DNA of 64,000 nt from a bacterium (GTDB lineage Bacteria > Electryoneota > RPQS01), in the NCBI GenBank assembly GCA_018814465.1, contig JAHIZR010000228.1:173-64172 (forward strand), in the 5' to 3' direction. Positions 1 through 8,077 of this stretch are shown in pieces; the stretch's first letter is position 1; each line of letters opens with the position of its first letter. A model generated the notes under the pieces. That model was given only the letters and a program-made list of their open reading frames with translations. It ran no database searches and was not told the origin of the DNA. Position numbers and translations under genes: made by a program.

Positions 1-482
1 ATGCCTGCCCGCAAACCACAACTGTGCATATCTATTGTCTGGATTGCGCCACACTGTAGCTGACCGATGCCTGCCCGCAAACCACAACTGCGTTATCGCA
101 TCGCCCTGCTGCCGATTGACTGTAGCTGACCGATGCCTGCCCGCAAACCACAACTTTACTGTCGGAATGTACGCACGGTCTTTTACTGTAGCTGACCGAT
201 GCCTGCCCGCAAACCACAACATGGCGGCTGGCATTAAGTGTCTCGTAAGTACTGTAGCTGACCGATGCCTGCCCGCAAACCACAACCCTGTCACTCACTT
301 GGATATAGGCTGTCAACTGTAGCTGACCGATGCCTGCCCGCAAACCACAACACCTGCACCCGCGACGATTGCCGCACCGAAACTGTAGCTGACCGATGCC
401 TGCCCGCAAACCACAACCGTTTCCTGCGGGTTATTAGCAGCACGGGACTGTAGCTGACCGATGCCTGCCCGCAAACCACAAC
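1..482. CRISPR. CRISPR array: 8 copies of the 36-bp repeat ACTGTAGCTGACCGATGCCTGCCCGCAAACCACAAC (first copy truncated at the window edge; full copies at 53, 119, 185, 251, 316, 382, 447) and 7 spacers of 29-30 bp. It continues upstream of the window. No cas genes in the window.
   Basis: Identical repeats and unique spacers read directly. The reverse complement GTTGTGGTTTGCGGGCAGGCATCGGTCAGCTACAGT has the GTTGT...GCTACA(A/G)T shape of type II-C repeats, and the 36/30 geometry also fits type VI-B. Confidence 0.93.
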
Positions 483-501
483 CAGCGCCGCAATAGAGTT
501 C

Positions 502-1620
502 TTAGATACCGCTCAGCGCTTCCTTGGGAAGCGGTAGATCGGCGCTGGCTTTCACTTCAAGACGCTTTAGCATTGCAAGGTTTCGAATCGTCAAAGCCAC
601 TTCAGGTTTTTGCAGCGGAGGACGACGATGCTCTTTCCATGCCATGACCTCCCTAAGGACATCCTGCTCTGTAGGAGTATTTTTTGTGCGCATCGCAAGC
701 TCGTTTCCAGCAAATAGAACAGTGGCTACAATTTCCGCTTGCTGAGTACGCAATCTAACAAAGAGATCGGCTACATTATCCAGAGTTTTTTCCCAATCCG
801 ACAAGTGTTTAGCATATTCCTCCTTAGCGACTTCGTACGATGGCCCCACGCGCACCGCAAGCATCTGGCCTAATCGATTTTCGACAATCAGGCGATGATT
901 CATCAGGCGACTCTCGAGTCCCTTCAAACCTTCAGCGAATGGGCCGTAGCTTCCGCGCCGGAATTCCAATCCCGTCGGGATCCCCTGTAGGGTCGCTACA
1001 TAGGCAATTTTCTGGAACATGACGCGCCCGACCGGCCAGTGATATGGCTCGTCCTCGATTCGCTTCAAGATATCGACTAAGGCGATCCATGCCGGATTGA
1101 TCCGTTCCTTATAAGTATCGGGACGCACAACGCCCGTTCCAGTGTCCAGGAAGCTCAGCTGCATCTCCTCGCAAGGAGTACCGTGCGGCGCATATAACTC
1201 AACGTCAATTTCGAGGCGTTTAAGATAGCGGTTAAGTATGGGACCGACAATTCGCCATTCCAATCCGCCAAGTCCGCTTCCGAGCGGCGGAACTGCGATG
1301 GATTCGATGCCCCACGTTTTGTAGTGTGTTAGCAGGAATTCGAGCCCTTTTTCAATGTCCTCTATTCGCGAGAGCGAACGCCAGTGATCCTTTGTTGGGA
1401 AATTCAGAATCCAGCGATCCGGACTTGACTTGAAGAGATAGGGCTCCCCCAACTTGACTTCTCCTCGTTTACAACGGGTAGTGTAATCGGCGAACATCGC
1501 GGGATAGCGATTCTTGAACTCGAGCGCAATGCCTTTGCCCATCACGCCCACACAGTTGACAGTGTTAACAAGTGTTTGAGCTTTGGAAGCGAAAAGGTCG
1601 CCTGACATTACTTTGAGCAT
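502..1620 (-). CDS. darG: DarG antitoxin (N-terminal macrodomain ADP-ribosyl hydrolase plus C-terminal DarT-binding domain)
   Basis: Macrodomain motif NTVNCVGVMGKGIALEFKNRYP. 372 aa. Lies immediately downstream of darT on the same strand. Confidence 0.85.
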   Translation of the reverse strand: MLKVMSGDLFASKAQTLVNTVNCVGVMGKGIALEFKNRYPAMFADYTTRCKRGEVKLGEPYLFKSSPDRWILNFPTKDHWRSLSRIEDIEKGLEFLLTHYKTWGIESIAVPPLGSGLGGLEWRIVGPILNRYLKRLEIDVELYAPHGTPCEEMQLSFLDTGTGVVRPDTYKERINPAWIALVDILKRIEDEPYHWPVGRVMFQKIAYVATLQGIPTGLEFRRGSYGPFAEGLKGLESRLMNHRLIVENRLGQMLAVRVGPSYEVAKEEYAKHLSDWEKTLDNVADLFVRLRTQQAEIVATVLFAGNELAMRTKNTPTEQDVLREVMAWKEHRRPPLQKPEVALTIRNLAMLKRLEVKASADLPLPKEALSGI

Positions 1621-1632
1621 GATCGAGTTTCT

Positions 1633-2235
1633 CTATTTGAAGAACATTCTTGCATTAACAGTGATTGCCAACGTTGGTGCAAGCGCAGCGAGTCTTCGCC
1701 GAGCAGAATCGCACGAAACGTAGGCTCCCACAATATAATTATCCGGAATGACATTTGGAACCAAAACCTCAGCACACATTCTCGATTTGTGCTCCCATTC
1801 GGCAACTTCGTTTCCCGGATGTTTCCATGATTCTGCGAAGGTATCATTGCCAACCAGCGACAACCCGCTCGATGAAGGGCGGAATCTCGCATATTCGCTG
1901 GAAGCGTTGCGATCCGTAAAAACGACGTTAGGAAGATCAACCACAGTTGGTGAAATCTTCAGTACACAGAGTTCATCGCCAGAGCAAATACCTCCGTGGA
2001 TATCCTTGTACATCATCGGATTCCGCGCGTTGAAGTAGAGATTCACATAATCATGCAAGCGCATGCCCCCTGGAACCACTATAATCTTTCGGCGATCTTG
2101 AATCTCTGGCATAGCAACAGATCTATGCCTGATCTTACAAACACCCGTATGTGAAAGAATGCCGTGCGACAAGATCGACGGTACGTTTTCAATCGCGGTG
2201 ATGTAGTGTAGCTCTGACAGCCGAGATCGTTCCAC
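1633..2235 (-). CDS. darT: DarT ssDNA thymidine ADP-ribosyltransferase toxin (DUF4433). Start codon appears to be GTG.
   Basis: N-terminal HYITxxxNxxSIL motif, VFTDR motif and C-terminal catalytic Glu region (CAEVLV) typical of DarT. About 200 aa. Paired with a macrodomain gene. Confidence 0.82.
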   Translation of the reverse strand: MERSRLSELHYITAIENVPSILSHGILSHTGVCKIRHRSVAMPEIQDRRKIIVVPGGMRLHDYVNLYFNARNPMMYKDIHGGICSGDELCVLKISPTVVDLPNVVFTDRNASSEYARFRPSSSGLSLVGNDTFAESWKHPGNEVAEWEHKSRMCAEVLVPNVIPDNYIVGAYVSCDSARRRLAALAPTLAITVNARMFFK

Positions 2236-2457
2236 AATTACAAGTTGTTAACAGTAGTATTTACATAGATTCATTATGCGAGCGAGTGCTGAAGGGTTCT
2301 TCTGGCGGTTGCAACAGGAGGAGGCTTCGGCGGGAGGAAAAGGAGGGTAAGTTGCCGAGGATTCCCCAAATACAACTTTATCTTACGGCTAACACGGGGT
2401 CAGCCCAATTGCGCAATCTTGACTGGTAGGTCGGACATTAGTATATTGAACACGTGT

Positions 2458-2862
2458 TCAACTTTTCGCGGGTAAGTCTTGAATAAACTTGATAATACCT
2501 CTTCCGGCTTCCACCATTGTTTTTCGGATCAGATTCAGCCGTTCATCATCGATTTCAACGTTTTCGGGGAGGTCGAGTTCGACAACCAACCTTCGCCGCT
2601 TGGTGAGCTTCGTCTCCGCCTGAGACTCGAGGAAGTAGTCTTCGGAGAGTCCTAATGCACTGGCTATAAGACGTAGCGTGCTTTCGTTTGGCTTCCTCGC
2701 ACCGCGTTGAATAGCTAGTAGAGTTTTATCGGATAGTCCTGTTTTTTCTGAAATACGCTTTTTCGCTCCCCATTGCGAAAGCGCAAACTCTAAATCGCTA
2801 TGTTTTTTAATATCCAGCATATAAGAAAAATTTACAGACTTAAATCTGTATTCTATTGACAA
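2458..2862 (-). CDS. XRE/Cro-CI family HTH transcriptional repressor (putative prophage repressor)
   Basis: HTH segment ISEKTGLSDKTLLAIQRG. Divergent from the Cro-like gene at 2990. Confidence 0.7.
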   Translation of the reverse strand: MSIEYRFKSVNFSYMLDIKKHSDLEFALSQWGAKKRISEKTGLSDKTLLAIQRGARKPNESTLRLIASALGLSEDYFLESQAETKLTKRRRLVVELDLPENVEIDDERLNLIRKTMVEAGRGIIKFIQDLPAKS

Positions 2863-2884
2863 AACAGATTTATTACCGTATATT
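2856..2884 (+). promoter_or_regulatory. Sigma70-like promoter (TTGACA-17 nt-TATATT) for the rightward early operon, overlapping ACAGAYTTA operator-like repeats (2834-2849 and 2864-2872)
   Basis: Consensus hexamers with 17-nt spacing read from the sequence. A near-palindrome ACAGACTTAAATCTGT lies adjacent. Confidence 0.45.
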
Positions 2885-2989
2885 GGTTTAGAATCAAATC
2901 AAAACCCCCGACACCTGAGAAATCTTGCCGGATTGCAGGCGACGGGGGCAAAGCTAACCAACAGGGGCTTTGCGCTCCCAGAGGTCTGA

Positions 2990-3310
2990 ATGAAATATAA
3001 AGTAAAGAATGGGCATTGTCAACCTAAGATTTCACTCGACTTAACGAGTAAACAGGTTTGCGAGCTGCTGGGGGTGACGGCCAATTGGCTGAAGAGTCAC
3101 GGTCACCTCTTCAAGCGGCGTCAGCAACCGGGCCGGGGGCGGAACGGGCTGGAGTGGCGTTATGATCGAGCGAATGTAGAATCGTATCGCCGTCACGGAT
3201 ATAGCGAGACCGAACTCGTCGAAAATCCGTATCACGGCAAATCCGTCGCGGAAATCGCGGCGATAGCTAAGGAGAGAGTCAGGCGCGGCCTTGTGAGCAC
3301 AAGCTCATAG
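2990..3310 (+). CDS. Cro/excisionase-like small HTH DNA-binding protein
   Basis: Segment QVCELLGVTANWLK looks like an HTH. It is the first gene of the rightward operon, opposite the repressor. Confidence 0.5.
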   Translation: MKYKVKNGHCQPKISLDLTSKQVCELLGVTANWLKSHGHLFKRRQQPGRGRNGLEWRYDRANVESYRRHGYSETELVENPYHGKSVAEIAAIAKERVRRGLVSTSS

Positions 3311-3364
3311 GGTTCGCGCTTTTTTGTTTTTGATCGAATCCACCAACCCAACGGAGAATGCCAG

Positions 3365-3592
3365 ATGATGATCGAAGAATTCGAACGGATCGAACATGAC
3401 GGAAAGATTTCCGGGGAGCAAGTCAAGGAACTGATCGCGGATGCAATTGAGGGCGCGTACGGCGAACGGCACGAAGTAACCGATCGCGAACTCATCGACT
3501 TTTTCAAATGGGCGACGGAGATGTTTGGACAAGGGGGATGCGAACTTAACGATTTCACGGCACGGTTTCTTATCGCAACTAAGCGCGTTTAA
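3365..3592 (+). CDS. Small acidic hypothetical protein (75 aa)
   Basis: ORF with an RBS-like GGAGAA upstream. Acidic composition. Confidence 0.5.
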   Translation: MMIEEFERIEHDGKISGEQVKELIADAIEGAYGERHEVTDRELIDFFKWATEMFGQGGCELNDFTARFLIATKRV

Positions 3593-3643
3593 GCGCCTTG
3601 CAGGTTTTTAAATAATCCTACCACCCCAAAAAGCGAGAATGCC

Positions 3644-3970
3644 ATGAAGCTTTACAGATTCGAACGAGGAGACAAGGTCCGCCGCCGCGCGGAGTGCGGC
3701 GCGGCGAATCATCCCGCAATCGTCGAAGTGCTCGAATGCGACGAGTTCTGCCTTCGGTTCATCGGCGCTGGGGTTGATCATTTCGGAATTTACGATCCGG
3801 CAAACTATGAACTGGTCGAAGGCGAATGCAGCTACTGCAATGGGATCGGGCACGTCCTCGGGCGCTATTACGGCGAGGGGGAATTCGAGCGGCACACCTG
3901 CCTCGTTTGTCACGGCACGGGCCGGCTCAATTACGATGCATTGAAGGAAGCGAAAGGGATCGCGGCATGA
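3644..3970 (+). CDS. Hypothetical protein with a DnaJ-type CxxCxGxG zinc-finger pair
   Basis: CSYCNGIGH...CLVCHGTGR. Confidence 0.55.
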   Translation: MKLYRFERGDKVRRRAECGAANHPAIVEVLECDEFCLRFIGAGVDHFGIYDPANYELVEGECSYCNGIGHVLGRYYGEGEFERHTCLVCHGTGRLNYDALKEAKGIAA

Positions 3971-4332
3971 TTCGCATACTATTAGTCGAGGACGAACAGT
4001 CCATCCGCGAACCTTTCGCCGAGTTACTCCGCGAGTACGACTACATGGTAGTCACTGCGAATAATGGCTTGACGGCGGCGCAGTATCTCGAAATCATCCC
4101 GATTGATCTGGTCATCACCGACTCGGATATGCCGCTCTGCGACGCGATCGAATTGACGCGCCGAATTCGCAGAGCGAGCGCGGCCCTGCCGGTGATCGCG
4201 ATCTCCGGTGAATGGCAGAACGAAAAGCCGATGATGGAGGCGGGCGCGAATGCGTTTCTGCTGAAGCCGGTCGAAATCGAAGTGCTGATTGGAATGATTG
4301 AAGAGCTCACGAAGAAAGGAGTGGCGGCATGA
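3967..4332 (+). CDS. Stand-alone CheY-like response-regulator receiver (REC) domain protein
   Basis: MIRILLVEDE acidic pocket, DLVITD phospho-acceptor Asp and a conserved Lys in LLKP. ATGA overlap with the upstream gene. The ORF-track alternative at 3826 overlaps its neighbour heavily. Confidence 0.7.
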   Translation: MIRILLVEDEQSIREPFAELLREYDYMVVTANNGLTAAQYLEIIPIDLVITDSDMPLCDAIELTRRIRRASAALPVIAISGEWQNEKPMMEAGANAFLLKPVEIEVLIGMIEELTKKGVAA

Positions 4333-4616
4333 CAAAGGTAGTTCATGTTGAGTTCGATGATTGCGGGGCGGGGTGCCCGTTTCTTGAAAGTACTGAAGGT
4401 GTCAGCGGAGATTTTAACGGATACAGATGTAGAAGGCTCTGGAAAGAAATTTACTTTTCTTCCGGAGTATTCCCTGATGACTGCCCACTGCCGGACAAAG
4501 AAGAACCTGAACTCCCGCCCTGCGAACTGTGTGGAGAGCATATCGCGGGTGGCGAATTTGAGGGTCTTTACATTTGCGGAGATTGCTATCAAGAATTAGA
4601 GTTGCCGACCGATTAA
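4329..4616 (+). CDS. Cys-rich hypothetical protein (putative zinc ribbon)
   Basis: Several CxxC pairs. ATGA overlap with the REC gene. Confidence 0.55.
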   Translation: MTKVVHVEFDDCGAGCPFLESTEGVSGDFNGYRCRRLWKEIYFSSGVFPDDCPLPDKEEPELPPCELCGEHIAGGEFEGLYICGDCYQELELPTD

Positions 4617-4628
4617 GGAGCAGACACG

Positions 4629-5447
4629 ATGATTAAGTACATCAATCAATCACTTTTAAACCTGCATGCCAAATGCGGGATTGCAGCGGAATACCGGGTA
4701 TCAGGGCTCATCATCCCCCCTGCCGCCGCCGCGCATCGCGGCACGGGCGTGCACCGCGCGGCGGAGGCGGACGCGCGGCGGATTCAGTTGAGCAGCGACC
4801 GCTTGACCATTCCGGAATTGCAGGACGCCGCCGCGACCGCGTTTTGTGAGAGCGTCGAGAAACACGGCGTGTATCTGAGCGCCGAGGACGCTCCGCAAGC
4901 GCGAGTTATTCTCGGGCAGGCGAAAGATGAAGCCGTGCGCGCTGCCGCGCTCTACGGCGAACGGGTTAGCCCGCGCATCGGCCAGCCCGTTCATATCGAG
5001 GAAGAGATCGTCGTGCAGATGGACGGATTGGATTATCCACTTGGCGGTACGCTCGATCTCGTTCATCTCGTCACCGCCGGTTACAAAATCACCGATTTAA
5101 AAACGACGGGCAAGGCGCCCGATCCGTCCGTCGCGACCCATTCGATTCAAGCGCCGATGTACGAGCTGCTGGCCGAGCGGGCCTTGGGGTTAAAGCCGTC
5201 GTTCGAGTTCGAGTTCATCAAGCTGCTGAAAACGAAATCCGAGACGATCACGATCCCGGCCGTCTTTACGCCGCAGACGCGCGCGAACCTGCTGCAACGG
5301 GCCAGTGTCTTCGAAGCGCATTTGCAATCCGGGGTGTTCACTCCGGCGGCGCCGGGATCGTGGTGGTGCTCAGAATCTTGGTGCGGCTATTACGGGATTT
5401 GCGCGCACGGCGCGAAGCAGTCCTGCCAGATCGCGATGAGCGCGTAG
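4629..5447 (+). CDS. PD-(D/E)xK exonuclease of the Cas4/RecB/AddB type with an Fe-S cysteine cluster
   Basis: DLVHL...ITDLKT nuclease motifs. One N-terminal Cys and a C-terminal CSESWCGYYGIC cluster. AAGGAG RBS. Confidence 0.7.
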   Translation: MIKYINQSLLNLHAKCGIAAEYRVSGLIIPPAAAAHRGTGVHRAAEADARRIQLSSDRLTIPELQDAAATAFCESVEKHGVYLSAEDAPQARVILGQAKDEAVRAAALYGERVSPRIGQPVHIEEEIVVQMDGLDYPLGGTLDLVHLVTAGYKITDLKTTGKAPDPSVATHSIQAPMYELLAERALGLKPSFEFEFIKLLKTKSETITIPAVFTPQTRANLLQRASVFEAHLQSGVFTPAAPGSWWCSESWCGYYGICAHGAKQSCQIAMSA

Positions 5448-5510
5448 GCTTACGGGTAATTTGAATTGAATCACTTTCACAATCATACTGACTTAAGGAG
5501 AGTACAGATC

Positions 5511-6794
5511 ATGACAGATCAGAACAGCAACGGTCGGGAATTTGAGAATATCCCGATTGTAACGCCGGAAGTCGTCGAGCGCATGTCGGGCGGCGTCAAC
5601 GGTGTCGGCGACATTGTCGCTTCCGGACGGACGATTGAGCAGATCCGGTCGAAATATCACACAGCGGTGCGCGTACAGGTCGCGCGCGATCTGGATTCAG
5701 TGAAGAAGCGCTGTTTGCAGGAGGCGAAGCACGGCGGCGATGAGTTCGGTTGGGCATGGCCTGTCGAGATTCCGGTGAAGGACGAGCGCGGCCAGATCAA
5801 GAAGGATGCGAACGGCAGATGGATCACGAAGGAAGAGATTATCGACGGCAAGAGCGTGCATCTCGCGATGGCCGCCGCGCGCAACTGGGGCAATTGCACG
5901 ACCGAGTTGTACGTGACTGCCGACCTGCCGGATCGCTGCGAACTCATGGGCGTGTTTGTGGATTTCGAGACGGGGTATACGAACATGCGGCCTTATACGA
6001 TTCGGAAGGCGTCGCGAGAACTATCCGAGAAGCAGAAGAAGAAGGCTTCGCAAATCGCGCGGCAGGAGGATATGACCATGCAGATCGGACTATCCAAGTG
6101 CATTCGCAACGTCGTGTTGGGCGCGTTGCCATCGTGGCTGACCGATTCGATGTACGAGGAATCGAAAAAGTACGCCAAGTCCCGCGTCGAGGCAAATCTC
6201 AAGGAATCCATCGAGCGCGCGGTCGCATTGTTCGCCAAATGGGACGTCAATCTGGACCGGCTGGAGATTTTCCTCGATAAACCGCGCTCGAACGATCCTA
6301 AAACGGATTGGAACGCCGACGATGTCTTGAAGTTGCGCGCGGCCTATCAGGCGATTAAAGACGGCGATATGACGATTAGCGAGGCGTTTCCAGCGGTGCC
6401 CGGAGCGCCGATGGCAAAACCCACCGCAACACAGACGACCGCGCCAGAGACGCGAACGCCGCCGCCGCAACCTACGCAACCTGCGGAACCTCCGCACCCC
6501 GCCGCACCGCCGACGCAGACGGCGGCGCAACCGCACGACCCAGACGGCAGCTTGACTGAGGAGCAGGGCGCGATGCTCGACGAGATCAACGCGCGCGCGG
6601 GCTTGATCAGCGCCGATCCGAAGATTCAGCGGGATACGATCTTTCTCTGGAGCGGGCAAACCTGCCGGGGCACGCTCGAACTGCGCAATAAGCCGAACTA
6701 TATCATTCCGACGCTTGATGCCGCGCGGGCCGATTGCGAGGCGCGCGGGCTTCAGCTCGCCGGACAAGGGCCGAAGAAAGGAAAACTTCTGTGA
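5511..6794 (+). CDS. Putative recombination / single-strand-annealing protein with a Pro-rich linker (function uncertain)
   Basis: Sits between the nuclease and the SMC-like ATPase. AAGGAG RBS before the ATG at 5511 (the ORF track starts at 5466). No family recognised. Confidence 0.45.
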   Translation: MTDQNSNGREFENIPIVTPEVVERMSGGVNGVGDIVASGRTIEQIRSKYHTAVRVQVARDLDSVKKRCLQEAKHGGDEFGWAWPVEIPVKDERGQIKKDANGRWITKEEIIDGKSVHLAMAAARNWGNCTTELYVTADLPDRCELMGVFVDFETGYTNMRPYTIRKASRELSEKQKKKASQIARQEDMTMQIGLSKCIRNVVLGALPSWLTDSMYEESKKYAKSRVEANLKESIERAVALFAKWDVNLDRLEIFLDKPRSNDPKTDWNADDVLKLRAAYQAIKDGDMTISEAFPAVPGAPMAKPTATQTTAPETRTPPPQPTQPAEPPHPAAPPTQTAAQPHDPDGSLTEEQGAMLDEINARAGLISADPKIQRDTIFLWSGQTCRGTLELRNKPNYIIPTLDAARADCEARGLQLAGQGPKKGKLL

Positions 6795-8077
6795 GGATTA
6801 TCAGACTGACGGCGGAGAACTTCAAGCGACTCCGCGCCGTCGAAATCACGCCTGACAATAACGTCGTTGTTGTCAGAGGGAAAAACGCGCAGGGCAAGTC
6901 CAGCGTCCTGGATGCGATTTGGGCTGCGCTCGGCGGCAAGCGCGCCGTGCCGGTGAAACCGATTCGCGAGGGCGAGGAGCGGAGCGAGATTACGCTCGAC
7001 CTCGGCGATTACATCGTGACGCGCATTTTCACGGAACGCGATAGCTATCTCACCGTGAAGAACGCGGACGGCGCGCAGTTGCGCAACCCACAAGCCTTGC
7101 TGGACGGCTTGATCGGCGCGATCTCCTTCGATCCGCTCGAATTCGCGCGCATGAAGCCTATCGAACAAGCGAAGCAGCTTGCGGAGATTACCGGCGTGGA
7201 CTTCGCGGATCTCAATCAGCGCAAGCAGGAGCTGTTCGCGCAGCGCACGGAAGTCAACCGCCGCGTCAAGCAGCTGCAAGGAATCGTTGCCGAATTGGAA
7301 GAACAGCACCCGCGCATCGCCAAAGCGAAGCCGGTGGAACCGGGCGCGATCAACGACCTCCTGGCCGAGTACGACCGGGTCAAGAACGAGCATACCGAGC
7401 GCAACCGGGACTTGGAGCGGCTCAATGCGCGCGAACTCGATCTGCGCGCCGTGGAGGATGAACGCGAGCGGCTGTTGAAACGCATCGCGGAGATCGATGA
7501 AAAGCTGGCGCAGGGCTGGAAAGCGCTGGCCGTCGACACCGACGCATTGCAGGAACGCATGAAGCAGTTGCCGGACTTGCCGGAGCTTCAGCAGCGCGTG
7601 CAGGAGGCGGTGAAGGCGAACACGCTGAACGAAACGATTTCGAACTATCGGAAGACGAACACCGAACTCGAAAGCGAGCAGGCGCGTTCGACGTCACTCA
7701 CGAAGCAAATCGAGACGCTCGACAAGGAGAAAGCGGAGTTGCTCAGCAAGGCCGATCTCCCAGTGAACGAACTCGCCTTCGACGAATCCGGCGTGTTTTA
7801 TCACGGGGTGCCGTTCGAGCAGTGCAGCAGCTCGGAGCAGCTGAAGGTCAGCACCGCTCTCGCCATTAGTTTTAATCCGAAACTGCGCGTCATTCGCATC
7901 ACGGACGGCTCGCTCCTGGACGAGGACAGTCTTGAGATCCTGCGCACGATTGCCGACAGTGAGGACTTCCAGATCTGGCTGGAGCGCGTCGATGATAGCG
8001 CGGGTGCGGTCGGCGTGCTGATCGAGGACGGCGAAATCAAGGCCATCAACCGCGAGCAGGAAACGGTCGCGGCTTAA
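6791..8077 (+). CDS. SMC/SbcC/RecN-like ABC ATPase with a coiled coil (phage DNA-repair or recombination ATPase)
   Basis: Walker A GKNAQGKSS, long coiled coil, signature-like SSSEQL and Walker B/D-loop RITDGSLLDED. GTG start at 6791 with an AAAGGA RBS. The alternative ATG at 6734 overlaps the upstream gene. Confidence 0.65.
   Translation: MRIIRLTAENFKRLRAVEITPDNNVVVVRGKNAQGKSSVLDAIWAALGGKRAVPVKPIREGEERSEITLDLGDYIVTRIFTERDSYLTVKNADGAQLRNPQALLDGLIGAISFDPLEFARMKPIEQAKQLAEITGVDFADLNQRKQELFAQRTEVNRRVKQLQGIVAELEEQHPRIAKAKPVEPGAINDLLAEYDRVKNEHTERNRDLERLNARELDLRAVEDERERLLKRIAEIDEKLAQGWKALAVDTDALQERMKQLPDLPELQQRVQEAVKANTLNETISNYRKTNTELESEQARSTSLTKQIETLDKEKAELLSKADLPVNELAFDESGVFYHGVPFEQCSSSEQLKVSTALAISFNPKLRVIRITDGSLLDEDSLEILRTIADSEDFQIWLERVDDSAGAVGVLIEDGEIKAINREQETVAA

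Noticed and set aside
32-479. ORF-track proteins spanning the CRISPR array (32-409 minus, 35-322 plus, 265-453 plus, 291-479 minus)
   Set aside because: They are translations of the repeated CRISPR units, as shown by the periodic identical peptides. They are not genes.
3826-4332. Longer ORF-track version of the REC gene starting at 3826
   Set aside because: It overlaps the upstream zinc-finger gene by about 145 nt. The ATG at 3967 gives an ATGA-coupled start and a complete receiver domain.
6090-6767. Long antisense ORFs inside phage genes (e.g. 6090-6767, 16830-17555, 20171-21121, 33016-33822, 35000-35989, 36059-36826)
   Set aside because: Arg/Ala-rich antisense translations that run against well-supported genes. 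They are expected artefacts in high-G+C DNA.
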